From Candidatus Binatia bacterium (GTDB lineage Bacteria; Desulfobacterota; Binatia; UBA9968; CAXXLF01), in the NCBI GenBank assembly GCA_963664015.2, contig CAXXLF010000001.1, positions 192,001-256,000 of the forward strand: a DNA stretch of 64,000 nt, given 5' to 3'. Each line of letters opens with the position of its first letter. Position 1 is the stretch's first letter. This document shows, piece by piece, positions 8,903 to 18,635 of the stretch. The notes beneath the pieces are model-generated. The model was not told where the DNA came from, did no database searches, and was given only the letters and a program-made list of their open reading frames with translations. The position numbers were made by a program, and so were the translations under genes.

Positions 8903-10005
8903 TATCCTGACCAGGGGGCCACGGTCACATGAACCACATCTTCGCCACCTTCCCCCGCCACCGCACGAATGGCCTGATCCACCTCGTTTAACCCAAATCG
9001 GTGGCTGCTCATTTCATTCAGGGGGTACTTTTCCGAGGCAATAACTCGAAGCGCCATCTCCACGGACCGGTAGCTGTGTCCTCTTATCCCTTTAAGGGTC
9101 AGGCATTTTCGCTGAATCACATCCAAAGGGAAAAAGTTGATCGCTTCGCCCCTAGGCACCACAATCAACGTGCCTTGATTCCGGAGGACGGCAATGGCTG
9201 GGAGCACTGTCGACGGTCCTCCCGTTGCCACATCGATGGCAAGGTCAACGCCCCGTCCACCGGTGTACTCGTTAACCTTCTCGACCAGGTCTTCTCTTTC
9301 GACATCAATCACATGGTCAGCTCCCAGGGAACGTGCTACTTCAAAACGACGGCTATCACGTGTGAGCCCGGACACGATGATACAATCGGCACCTGCTTCC
9401 TTTGAAGCCAGGATACACCCTAAACCCTGCTGCCCGGGCCCCTGAACCAGAACGGTTTTCCCAGGGCCAGCCCCCCCATCGAAATAGGCCCACTGCCAGC
9501 CATTGCCGAAGGGAATCCCGAGAGTAGCCTGTTCGTTAGGAATATTGTTCGGAAGTTTGTGAAGCCTGGTACCTGGATGAAGATAGAGGTACTGGCTGAA
9601 ACCGCCCTGCCGTGAAGGCTGAAAGCGAATCAGCGAATCTGGGCTTTCCTCCGGGGAGTGATCCTGGCCACCTTCTTGGGGACAGAAACCGAAATATCCG
9701 GAGAGACAGGATTCGCAGTGACCGCAAACCCTATAACCCTCCGCCAGAACACGATCGCCTTCCTTCAGCCCCCACCCTTGCGCAGCCACGGAACCGATCT
9801 TGGCGATGGTCCCAACGTTTTCATGCCCCATAATGAAGGGCTCGGCCGGCATTGGCTCTAGGTAAGTGTGAACGTCAGAGCCGCAGACCCCAACGGCTTC
9901 TACTTTCAGCAACCCCGCATCGAGAGGGATTTGAGGCACTAGGAGTTGACGAATTTCAGTTTTTTGACGGGCGACTTTTACCGCCGCTGTGTTTTTCGTC
10001 TCCAT
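8899..10005 (-). CDS. zinc-dependent alcohol dehydrogenase (MDR family)
   Basis: GVCGSD, GHE, CGHCESC..C structural Zn site, GPGQQG Rossmann motif. Confidence 0.9.
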   Translation of the reverse strand: METKNTAAVKVARQKTEIRQLLVPQIPLDAGLLKVEAVGVCGSDVHTYLEPMPAEPFIMGHENVGTIAKIGSVAAQGWGLKEGDRVLAEGYRVCGHCESCLSGYFGFCPQEGGQDHSPEESPDSLIRFQPSRQGGFSQYLYLHPGTRLHKLPNNIPNEQATLGIPFGNGWQWAYFDGGAGPGKTVLVQGPGQQGLGCILASKEAGADCIIVSGLTRDSRRFEVARSLGADHVIDVEREDLVEKVNEYTGGRGVDLAIDVATGGPSTVLPAIAVLRNQGTLIVVPRGEAINFFPLDVIQRKCLTLKGIRGHSYRSVEMALRVIASEKYPLNEMSSHRFGLNEVDQAIRAVAGEGGEDVVHVTVAPWSGY

Positions 10006-10018
10006 GTGTCAATATCCC

Positions 10019-11155
10019 TCAACTCCTCAGGCCGGCTGCTTTCCATTGCTTTAGCGGGCGGCCCTCGGCGAATGCCAGCAGTTCACGCTCCCAAATCTTA
10101 CGCATCAAAATCACTCCGATATCGATCCGGCTCATGCGATCCTTCGATCGGTCCAGTTTCCCTTGGCCGACTTGCATCAGATAGTCCTCGACGGAAAACA
10201 GGGTGGCTGAACTTAGATCTTTATCCAAGTCCCGCTCTTTGATCCTTCCAGCAAGTATGGCCTCACCCATTGCAGGAGGTGAGGCGGTCCTGCCCAACTC
10301 CAACGTCTTCTTTCGGCGCTCTTTATACCGCTCGGCCTCCTCGCCGTGCACATGCATGAGGTCGACGCTGAAACTCACCGTATTCTCGTCATCGACCGGA
10401 ACACGCCAGGAAAGGCGATCCACTGCGAGAGTCGCCGCATCTTTCATAGAACCCTCAACCCGCACGTTGGCCATGACGAGATTAATGTTGGGCATATGGA
10501 ATCGGATAATCTGCTTCGGATTCTCACAGATACACTTGATGCCATAGTCGGTCTCTTCCGCCTTCACCTCACCATCACCTATCCGGTCGGGCCTGCCCGC
10601 CCGCGATATGGCCTCCTGATGGGTAAAGGTCACGTGGGCAAGGTCGCATGCGTTATCCAGCCGATTGAGATAGTTACAGGGCCAAAATTCAGGATCACAG
10701 GCCTCAAGCACACCTGGCTGCTCCATATCGGAAAAATGTCGAAAGGGTGGAGGCTCTCCTTCACCGAGATACGCAAAAACAAGCCCGATGTATTCGCGGG
10801 TCGGATAACTGCGGACCTTTACTCCTGAACACAAGGAGGGGTCCTCTCTGGGCTGCTCCACACATTGCCCGGTTCCATCGTATCTCCAACCATGGTACAT
10901 GCATTGCAGGCTATCCCCTTTCACATGCCCCACATATAACGGGGCACCACGGTGGGCACAGGTCGGAGCCATCAAGTGGAATTCTCCCCCTTCTCCCCGG
11001 TAGAGGCTGAATTTTTCGCACATGATCTTGACAGGGACTACGTCCCCAGAAGCGAGATCCTGCGACCGTAACACTGGCGTCCAGAACCTCCGCAGATAGC
11101 GACCGGCCAACGTCTCGGGTCCCGTTTGGATAAATTCATCAAAAATGATCTGCAC
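10019..11155 (-). CDS. Rieske non-heme iron oxygenase alpha subunit (phthalate 4,5-dioxygenase-like)
   Basis: GRYLRRFWTP, CAHRG...CMYHGW Rieske motif, NACDLAHVTFTH mononuclear Fe site. Confidence 0.9.
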   Translation of the reverse strand: MQIIFDEFIQTGPETLAGRYLRRFWTPVLRSQDLASGDVVPVKIMCEKFSLYRGEGGEFHLMAPTCAHRGAPLYVGHVKGDSLQCMYHGWRYDGTGQCVEQPREDPSLCSGVKVRSYPTREYIGLVFAYLGEGEPPPFRHFSDMEQPGVLEACDPEFWPCNYLNRLDNACDLAHVTFTHQEAISRAGRPDRIGDGEVKAEETDYGIKCICENPKQIIRFHMPNINLVMANVRVEGSMKDAATLAVDRLSWRVPVDDENTVSFSVDLMHVHGEEAERYKERRKKTLELGRTASPPAMGEAILAGRIKERDLDKDLSSATLFSVEDYLMQVGQGKLDRSKDRMSRIDIGVILMRKIWERELLAFAEGRPLKQWKAAGLRS

Positions 11156-11244
11156 CCTGCCCCGTCCTTTCCCTCACTTCAAGGTACGAAGAATAATCCG
11201 TCAAGACGTTAACTCATAACCCCGCCGTCTATACTGAATGGGGT

Positions 11245-12315
11245 TCACTTTCCCGATGGGAGAGGGCCAGCACCGGTGAGCTGTTTATAGACTTTTAGAA
11301 CCTTGGGGTCCCGGGGGCGTCCCGCGATGATTTTGGTATATTGATCCCCCGTTACCGGTGTGGCTTTCTGGCGCGTAATGAATTCGTATTCTTTTAGAAA
11401 CTCTGGGTCCTTCCAGACCTTATCGAATGCTTGCTTCAGTTCCTTTTGCGCCGCTTGAGGAATCTTCCTGTGAACATAGAAGATCGAACCACCCGGCGTT
11501 GCCGCATTATGCATACGGAGTATGTCTTTTTTTATCTTTGTATCGGCAAGTTCGGTCATAGTGGGAATCCCTTGAGTAATGCTGGGGTAATCTTCGACGC
11601 CCTGCCCGATGATATCCTTTAATTGTGCTACAAATGTATATCCACTTGTGGTCCACTGCGGTACATCGCGCACCACACCGGCGATGCCTGCCATATACAG
11701 ATCCATCTCACCCCGTTCCATGGCTAGATGGACTTCCCCTGAGCTGTAACCCAAAATCCACCGTGGGTCATTCATCCCGAGAACGAACGCGGAAACCCGA
11801 TCCGCATTGTAAAGACTATGTCCTACCGAGCGGTTCCCGAAGCGTAAACTCTTGCGCGCCAGGAGCTCTTCCACAGTGCGAATCTTCAGGCCAGGGCGAA
11901 CCGTCAATGCCAGCACGCCTCCAGGAGAACCGGCACCCAAGAGTAAGAGATCATCGATTTTGTAACGGACACCCCGCGCCCCTAGCAAGAAGCGAGCGAA
12001 CATCCCGCTGCTGGAATTACCAATGGTAAGCCCGTTAGGTCTCGACGAGTTGACCACATGATTGACACCCGCTGTCCCTCCTGCCCCCGGTACGTATTGA
12101 TGGACCGCCGCACCAAAACCAAGGTACTTTTTCAGGTGCTTGACCGTTACCGTAGTACGAAAGCTCCCGGTACCCCCAGGACGCCTCCCTTCAATGATCT
12201 TTATGGTCTTGCCGTCATAAAAACCGGCTTGGGCCGTTCCAGCGGGGGCGCAAATGACCAGCGCCGCCACAAATGTAAAAAGGCAATAAAACATACGTAA
12301 CATAACTAACTTCAT
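11245..12315 (-). CDS. TctC/Bug-like tripartite tricarboxylate transporter substrate-binding protein (paralog 1)
   Basis: signal peptide, FYDGKTI..PGG, PGAGG, GYSSGEVHLAMERGE; GAGGAGG RBS. Confidence 0.8.
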   Translation of the reverse strand: MKLVMLRMFYCLFTFVAALVICAPAGTAQAGFYDGKTIKIIEGRRPGGTGSFRTTVTVKHLKKYLGFGAAVHQYVPGAGGTAGVNHVVNSSRPNGLTIGNSSSGMFARFLLGARGVRYKIDDLLLLGAGSPGGVLALTVRPGLKIRTVEELLARKSLRFGNRSVGHSLYNADRVSAFVLGMNDPRWILGYSSGEVHLAMERGEMDLYMAGIAGVVRDVPQWTTSGYTFVAQLKDIIGQGVEDYPSITQGIPTMTELADTKIKKDILRMHNAATPGGSIFYVHRKIPQAAQKELKQAFDKVWKDPEFLKEYEFITRQKATPVTGDQYTKIIAGRPRDPKVLKVYKQLTGAGPLPSGK

Positions 12316-12641
12316 AGAACCTCCTCTTAACAATTAATTTTACCAACTCGATCGCAGCGGCCATCCCGACAGCCTGAGGGGGATCGCTATGGAACCCGGA
12401 TCGGATCCCTTGGCCACTATTATACCACAGTAGAAATTAATCGGAAATTTGCGTTTCTGTCAACCCGTACTTCGATGACAAAACTAAGGCATTGAGGACC
12501 ACCTTGCGCCTAAATATTCCACAGTCGACAAGCCCCCCCCAAAAGATAGAGATGTGGAGCTAATAGTTAAAAACCCCAAGCCGCCCACTCTGAAGCGGTT
12601 TTACGATTCGGGACAACTCCCTCCCGCAGATAGCAGGGACC

Positions 12642-13706
12642 TTACCTGCTGGGGGGAAGAGGCCCGGCTCCAGTAATTTGCTTATATAACTCCATGACAT
12701 CTTGATTCGTTGGACGGTTACGAATGAGATCCGAATAATCCTTACCAGTCATTGGATCAGCTTTTTGCCTGGTCATGAGTTCATAATCCCTACGGAACTC
12801 GCGATCGTTCCAGATTTTCTCGAAAGCCGATTCCACTTCTGCGAGTGCATCTTTTGGTATTCCTCGGTGCACGTAAAAGAGCGACCCTCCAGGAGTGCTC
12901 GCGTGATGGAGTCGGAGCAGCTCTTTTTTGATTTTAGTATCAGCAAACTGATCAACGGTCGCGATCCCCTGGGGAAACTCAGGATAGGCCTCAGCCCCCT
13001 GACCTCTCACATCCGTCAACACGATCGGGAATCCAAAACCATCCGTAATCCATTGAGCGGAATCCCTCAAAAGGCCGGCGATTCCGCCAAAGGCCGCATC
13101 CCCTTCCTCCCGCTCCAGCGCCAAGCGAATTTCACCGGAGCTGTAACCAAGAATCCACCTGGGATTTTTGAGTCCGAGGACATAGGCCGTAATTCGGTCC
13201 CGGTTGTACATGCTGTGCCCGACCGATCGATTCGCAAAGCGCAATCCTTTATAAGCCTTGAGCTTTTCCGCAGTATCAAGCTTCAAACCGGGCCGAACTG
13301 ATAGAACCGTCGCACCCCCTGGAGAACCGGCCCCTAAAAGCACCAGATCATCGAGTTTGTAGCGAACCCCTCGGGCGCCATGAATAACACGGGCAAACAT
13401 TCCACTGCTGGAGTTTCCAATCGTTAAACCATCTCGTTTCGCCGAGTTGACCACATGGTTAACCCCGGCCGTCCCTCCAGCACCCGGATTGTATTGAAAG
13501 ACTGCGGCACTAAAACCCAGATATTTCTTCAAATGTTTGATCGTTACCACGGTTCGGATAGACCCAGTTCCACCGGGTCGTCGACCTTCGATAACCTTTA
13601 TGGTCTTGCCATCATAGTATCCAGCCTCAGCCATTCCCGTATTTTGCACGGCGAACAACAATAACGATAGACTCAATATCAGAACACGATTAAGTTGTTT
13701 TTTCAT
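12642..13706 (-). CDS. TctC/Bug-like substrate-binding protein (paralog 2)
   Basis: clear paralog of 11245..12315 with the same motifs. Confidence 0.8.
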   Translation of the reverse strand: MKKQLNRVLILSLSLLLFAVQNTGMAEAGYYDGKTIKVIEGRRPGGTGSIRTVVTIKHLKKYLGFSAAVFQYNPGAGGTAGVNHVVNSAKRDGLTIGNSSSGMFARVIHGARGVRYKLDDLVLLGAGSPGGATVLSVRPGLKLDTAEKLKAYKGLRFANRSVGHSMYNRDRITAYVLGLKNPRWILGYSSGEIRLALEREEGDAAFGGIAGLLRDSAQWITDGFGFPIVLTDVRGQGAEAYPEFPQGIATVDQFADTKIKKELLRLHHASTPGGSLFYVHRGIPKDALAEVESAFEKIWNDREFRRDYELMTRQKADPMTGKDYSDLIRNRPTNQDVMELYKQITGAGPLPPSR

Positions 13707-13839
13707 CTCGATTCTCCCTATCCAATGACGCCATATAGTAGAGACAATACCCCGATTGTCCAGTATCTATTAAATTTGGCCCCATTGACAACGGATACTT
13801 CTCCCAAACCAATTATCACTACAAAAGATGCCCAAAGGC

Positions 13840-14910
13840 TCATCGGCTCACAGGCAATGGCCCCGTACCTGCGATTTGCTTGTAGAGCGTTAGAACCTCT
13901 GGCGCTCTAGGACGGTTCTGGAGTAGATCCGCATAGTTTTTCCCGGTCAACGGATCCGCCTTTTGCCTGGTGACCTTTTCATACTCCTTCGCAAATTCCT
14001 TATCCTGCCAGACCCTATCAAAGGCATTTTTGAGAGTGTTAAGTGCCTCCGGGGGAATCGCCTTATGCACGAAGAAGAATGTACCCCCTGGATTGCTTGC
14101 CTGCTGCAATCGAAGCAAATCCTTTTGTAATTTGCTTTCAGCAAACTGGCCTAAGTTAGGCACCCCTTGGGGAAAGTCGGGGAATACTTCGACACCGTTC
14201 CCCTGGACGTCCTTAATCGCTACTGGGAATCCGAAACCGTTTTTTATCCAATGAGGCGATCGTCTCAGCAGGCCCGCAACGCCTCCAATGGATGCGTCCG
14301 CTTCGCCACGTTCAAGGGCCAGGCGAATTTCAGATGTGTTATAGCCGAGAATCCATCTGGGATTCTTCAGTCCCAGAATATAAGCGGTTATCCGGTCGCG
14401 GTTATATATACTGTGACCTACCGCACGATTAGCAAACCGCAGCCCCTCATAGGCCTGGAGTTTTTTCACAGTATCAAGCTTTAGTCCGGGACGTATCGTA
14501 AGAACGGTTACACCACCGGCAGACCCGGCGCCCAACATGATAAAATCGTTTAAGTCGTAACGAACGGAAGGAACACCAAGAACAGAGCTAGAGAAGATGC
14601 CACTAGTGGCACTCGCAATAGTGAATCCATCTCGTTTGGCCGAATGGGCAAGATAATTGGTCGCTCCGATGCCCCCCGCCCCTGGCATGAACTGGAATAC
14701 GATTACAGGGTCTGCCCCTATATATTTTCTGAGGTGTTTGACCGTTATTCGAGCACGGAGGTTGGCCGTCCCCCCAGGCCGCCAACCACAGATAATCTTG
14801 ATCGTTTTACCCTGATAATAGGGTGCGCCTACTGCATCCGATTGTGGAAGCAAGATTAAAGGCAAAAGCCCTATGAATAGACCTGTCATCACTACGAGTA
14901 TTCGACGCAT
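13840..14910 (-). CDS. TctC/Bug-like substrate-binding protein (paralog 3)
   Basis: YYQGKTI, MPGAGG, ALERGEAD; GAGGAGG RBS before ATG 14910. Confidence 0.8.
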   Translation of the reverse strand: MRRILVVMTGLFIGLLPLILLPQSDAVGAPYYQGKTIKIICGWRPGGTANLRARITVKHLRKYIGADPVIVFQFMPGAGGIGATNYLAHSAKRDGFTIASATSGIFSSSVLGVPSVRYDLNDFIMLGAGSAGGVTVLTIRPGLKLDTVKKLQAYEGLRFANRAVGHSIYNRDRITAYILGLKNPRWILGYNTSEIRLALERGEADASIGGVAGLLRRSPHWIKNGFGFPVAIKDVQGNGVEVFPDFPQGVPNLGQFAESKLQKDLLRLQQASNPGGTFFFVHKAIPPEALNTLKNAFDRVWQDKEFAKEYEKVTRQKADPLTGKNYADLLQNRPRAPEVLTLYKQIAGTGPLPVSR

Positions 14911-15186
14911 AATATGATTCCTCCTCGTCATGTATTTTTTCTCCTGGTGCGGCACCAATCCCAAGTAATTTGCTAAATTGAGTGTTCCGTATCATTGTCG
15001 AATCTAAAGCCTAGAACACATAAGGGAGGATGGTTAGATTTCAAGGATACGTGCCATTGTCTTAATATGTGAAGAACGACAAAAGACCAAAACCATAGTA
15101 AATAGAATTCCAATCCATGGATATTTCGTTCCGGTTCGTAGGCTAGCGACCTTCCTTATATACCCAAAGAGTTCCCTTTTTAATAA

Positions 15187-17181
15187 CTATTGAAAGAGCA
15201 AACCTTCCGGCCAGATAATCTTGAACACCCCTTCAAACAATCCCCACACCGTGAAATACGCCGCTACACCATAAGTAAGGGATATCCACCATTTCTCTTT
15301 CCCTTCTATACGCATATAAAGCAGCATAAACAGAGGGAGAGAATACACGATCCCGACGAGCCAGACCCCCACGGCCCCCCCGGACAACCAACCGAAGAAG
15401 GCCAGGGTCCGCCTTATTTCCACCCCCCTATTTAGACCCTCCTTAAAGGTCTCATCCATTTCAATTCCATCGGGACGAGTAGCTCCCCCCGTGTCCCTCA
15501 CCAGTGTGTCCTGTGACAGCTGAATCAGGCCCATGACCAAACAGGGGACCGCCGCCACGTATATGGGCATGAGCTTGGCGATTAACGGCCAATCCCAGCT
15601 TCTCACGATTGCCCAGAGAAAGATGGCAATGAAAAAGAGGGTCATGTAGGACGCGGGACGAAACTGGAATTTCAGCGCAGAGCGGGCCAATAAAGCTACG
15701 GGACCCGTCCCGGCTTCCCGGCGCGACCAAATAGTGTAAAAGAGAGTACCGAAAACCAAAAGCATTAAACTCATAACACCCGGTCGGACGAGCCAGACAA
15801 AGCCGTAAGCGGCCCACGATATGTAGAGGTATTTTTCAATGAGATGCCCCAGGATCATGCCCAAGATGAGGGGAGGACGCGGGTAGGCGAGACGCTTCAT
15901 AAAGTAGCCCAGGATTCCAAAGGATACCACCATAAGCATATCCAAGGGATGCCGGGTTGCGCTCAGGGCACCCATGAGGACAAAGCCTAGGATCATGGGA
16001 ACGATCAGCGAATACCGCAATTCGGCGAGCTTGGCCAGCCTGTTAGCGAAACAAAATCCAATGAGTGTTCCAATGATGCCGGCAATACCGAGTATCCAGA
16101 CGATGCTATAGATGACATCCGAGTGTTCTTTAACCATCTGAGGGCCCGGGACATACCCCAGGGCCAGCAATGCAAAGACAAAAAGCGCCGATGTGAGACT
16201 ACCAGGAACCCCCAGGATCAAGGTGGGGATCAGGGTTCCGCCGTCCTTCGAATCGTTGGCAGACTCGGGAGCGATGACCCCGCGCACATCTCCTTTACCG
16301 AAGGTTTCCTTGGCACCCTTGCAGGTCTGTGCCGCATGGCCGTAGCTAAGCCAATCAACCACTTGTGCCCCCAGCCCCGGGACGATACCTACCCAGACCC
16401 CCAGAAAGCTGCAGCGCACGACCAGCCACCAATTCCGCAAGGTGTCCTTGACGCCGTCCATCAAACGTCCCTTAAGCGGAACGGAAGCCTGCTCCACACC
16501 GACCTTGGTCAGCGCCAGATCGAGAGCCGAAGGTATCCCGAACATGGCCAGGGCCACGATACTGAGGGGGAGCCCATCAAGGAGATAAGGCTCGTCAAAA
16601 AATACAAACCGGAACACACCGCTTTGGGGCTGCATCCCAACCACGGCGATCAATAGTCCGACGCCTGCCGCCATAAGTCCCCTTAGGGGGCGGGTGCCGG
16701 CCAGAAGAGAGACCATGGTCAATCCCCACAGCACAATTACGAAAAGCTCGGGAGAACCCAACATGTAGATGAGGGGTTTTGCTATGGGTATGGCAAAGGC
16801 CAAAGTAACCGTGCCGATGAGGCTCCCCATCATGCCGGCCATGAATGAGGCGCCCAGTGCGCGACGCGCCTCCCCCTTGCGGCCCATGGGGTAACCGTCG
16901 AGAACCGTTGATTGGGATCCTGCACCGCCGGGAATACCAAAAAGGATGGGGAGATAAGCGCTGCAGATGCTACTCACCGCGTCCATACCGATCAAGAAGG
17001 AAATGGCCACGAAAGGATCCCATCTCACGACCACAGGTAGAAACAGCGCATACATCAAGGGAGTTCCCAGTCCCTGAGGGGTTACCGCCGTCACGGTGCC
17101 CACGGCAACCCCCGCCAAGATGGCCCAGGCAACGTTCGCATGTAGTAAATTCAGGAACCCCTGAATCGCTGCGTCATACAT
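15187..17181 (-). CDS. tripartite tricarboxylate transporter permease, TctA-TctB fusion
   Basis: ILFGIPG, DGYPM, GVIAPESAND, IPTLILGVPG TctA motifs plus a C-terminal 4-TM TctB-like part. Confidence 0.85.
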   Translation of the reverse strand: MYDAAIQGFLNLLHANVAWAILAGVAVGTVTAVTPQGLGTPLMYALFLPVVVRWDPFVAISFLIGMDAVSSICSAYLPILFGIPGGAGSQSTVLDGYPMGRKGEARRALGASFMAGMMGSLIGTVTLAFAIPIAKPLIYMLGSPELFVIVLWGLTMVSLLAGTRPLRGLMAAGVGLLIAVVGMQPQSGVFRFVFFDEPYLLDGLPLSIVALAMFGIPSALDLALTKVGVEQASVPLKGRLMDGVKDTLRNWWLVVRCSFLGVWVGIVPGLGAQVVDWLSYGHAAQTCKGAKETFGKGDVRGVIAPESANDSKDGGTLIPTLILGVPGSLTSALFVFALLALGYVPGPQMVKEHSDVIYSIVWILGIAGIIGTLIGFCFANRLAKLAELRYSLIVPMILGFVLMGALSATRHPLDMLMVVSFGILGYFMKRLAYPRPPLILGMILGHLIEKYLYISWAAYGFVWLVRPGVMSLMLLVFGTLFYTIWSRREAGTGPVALLARSALKFQFRPASYMTLFFIAIFLWAIVRSWDWPLIAKLMPIYVAAVPCLVMGLIQLSQDTLVRDTGGATRPDGIEMDETFKEGLNRGVEIRRTLAFFGWLSGGAVGVWLVGIVYSLPLFMLLYMRIEGKEKWWISLTYGVAAYFTVWGLFEGVFKIIWPEGLLFQ

Positions 17182-17231
17182 AGAGTATTATGACTCCCTT
17201 AATATAATATTCTCTAAATTGGATCTCTTAT

Positions 17232-18306
17232 TTACCTGCTGGGAGGCAAGGGGCCAGCGCCAATTATCTGTCGGTAAACCTTCTGAATCTTTGGATCATT
17301 GGGGATATTTTTAAGGGCCTCCTCAATTTCCTCCCCGGTCACTGGATCCGCGGCCTCGGCCGTGAGCTGTTTGTACTCGGCGGGAAACAGGGGGTCGTCC
17401 CATGTTTGGATAAAGGCTTGACGCAACTCCTTCAGCGCCGCCTCAGGAATGCCCTTGGGCGCAAAGAACACGGAACTTCCAGGTCGACTGGAATCGTGAA
17501 AACGTAGCACCTCCCGCTTCAAAGCCGTATCTGCGAATTGATCCAGATGAGAACGCCCTTGGGGGAACTCGGGGACAAACTCAGCGCCTCGCCCTTTGGT
17601 GTTTTGCATCACAAGAGGAACCGTATAACCTTCCTTATAACCACTCCAGCTGGTTTCGCACAAATGAATTCAGATTGGTGCTCTGGGCATCTGCTTCGCC
17701 CCTTCGGAGCGCCGATTGAATCTCCGAACTGCTATAGCCGAGGACCCATTTAGGTTCTTTCAGTTCGAGAACGTATGCCATGAGTCGGTCAAGAATATAC
17801 ATGGTATGACCGACGGATCTTTGACCGAAGCGTAACCCTCTATGAGCTTTCAACTTCTCCACCGAGTCCAAACGCAAATCAGGTCGGATTATCAAAGTGT
17901 AAGGGCCCCCGGACGTTGCTGAGCCGAGAAAGGAAAAGTCGTCCAGCTTGTAGCGTACTCCCCGAGCCCCGAATAGAGCGTTGGAATACACGCCGGTGCC
18001 AATATTTGCGATCGTTAATCCATCCGGCTTTGACACGTTAGCCAGGTAATTAGCGGCGGCCGTTCCGCCTCCCCCGGGCATATACTTGAATACGATGGTG
18101 GGCTGACCGGGCAGATGCTTCTGGAGGTACTTGGCGGTGGCCTGGGCTCTAAAACTCCCGGTCCCCCCAGGCCTGCGGCCTTCGATAAGTACCAGTGTCT
18201 TACCCTTATAGTAGGGAGCAGCAGGCGTTTTCTCTACCAATCCCAAACAAACAAAAACCACTATCAGCCAAATTAAAACCAGGGGGAAGCTTCGGTTCTG
18301 CATCAT
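17232..18306 (-). pseudogene. TctC-like substrate-binding protein (paralog 4), +1 frameshift near 17638
   Basis: ORFs 17635..18306 and 17232..17663 are the N- and C-halves of the paralog; removing one base in TGGTTATAAG restores W-x-KEGYTVP. Confidence 0.8.
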
Positions 18307-18635
18307 AGTTATCCTCCGACATCTGGGAACGGAGGCAATCCAATCCTGAAAATCTAATCGGGAGTTACCTTTAATAGGGTAAGGGATGCTTCAACGGAAG
18401 CTGGCAGCAATCGCATAAATTTACTTATAACTACCCCGAACTGAAAGTCGAGGATCATATCGGTGCTCGGTGGTAAAAGCAAACAAAATTGGCTCGTATT
18501 TGGAAGCTTCCGAGGGACCCCGCCATGAACCCTCTCATTACCGCAGGGTATGGAGTTATGACGGGGCCACCCGAGACTCTAGTCTATTACAACTGATCTA
18601 TTTCACGTTTACCTAGCGTTTAATCCTTCAATGTT

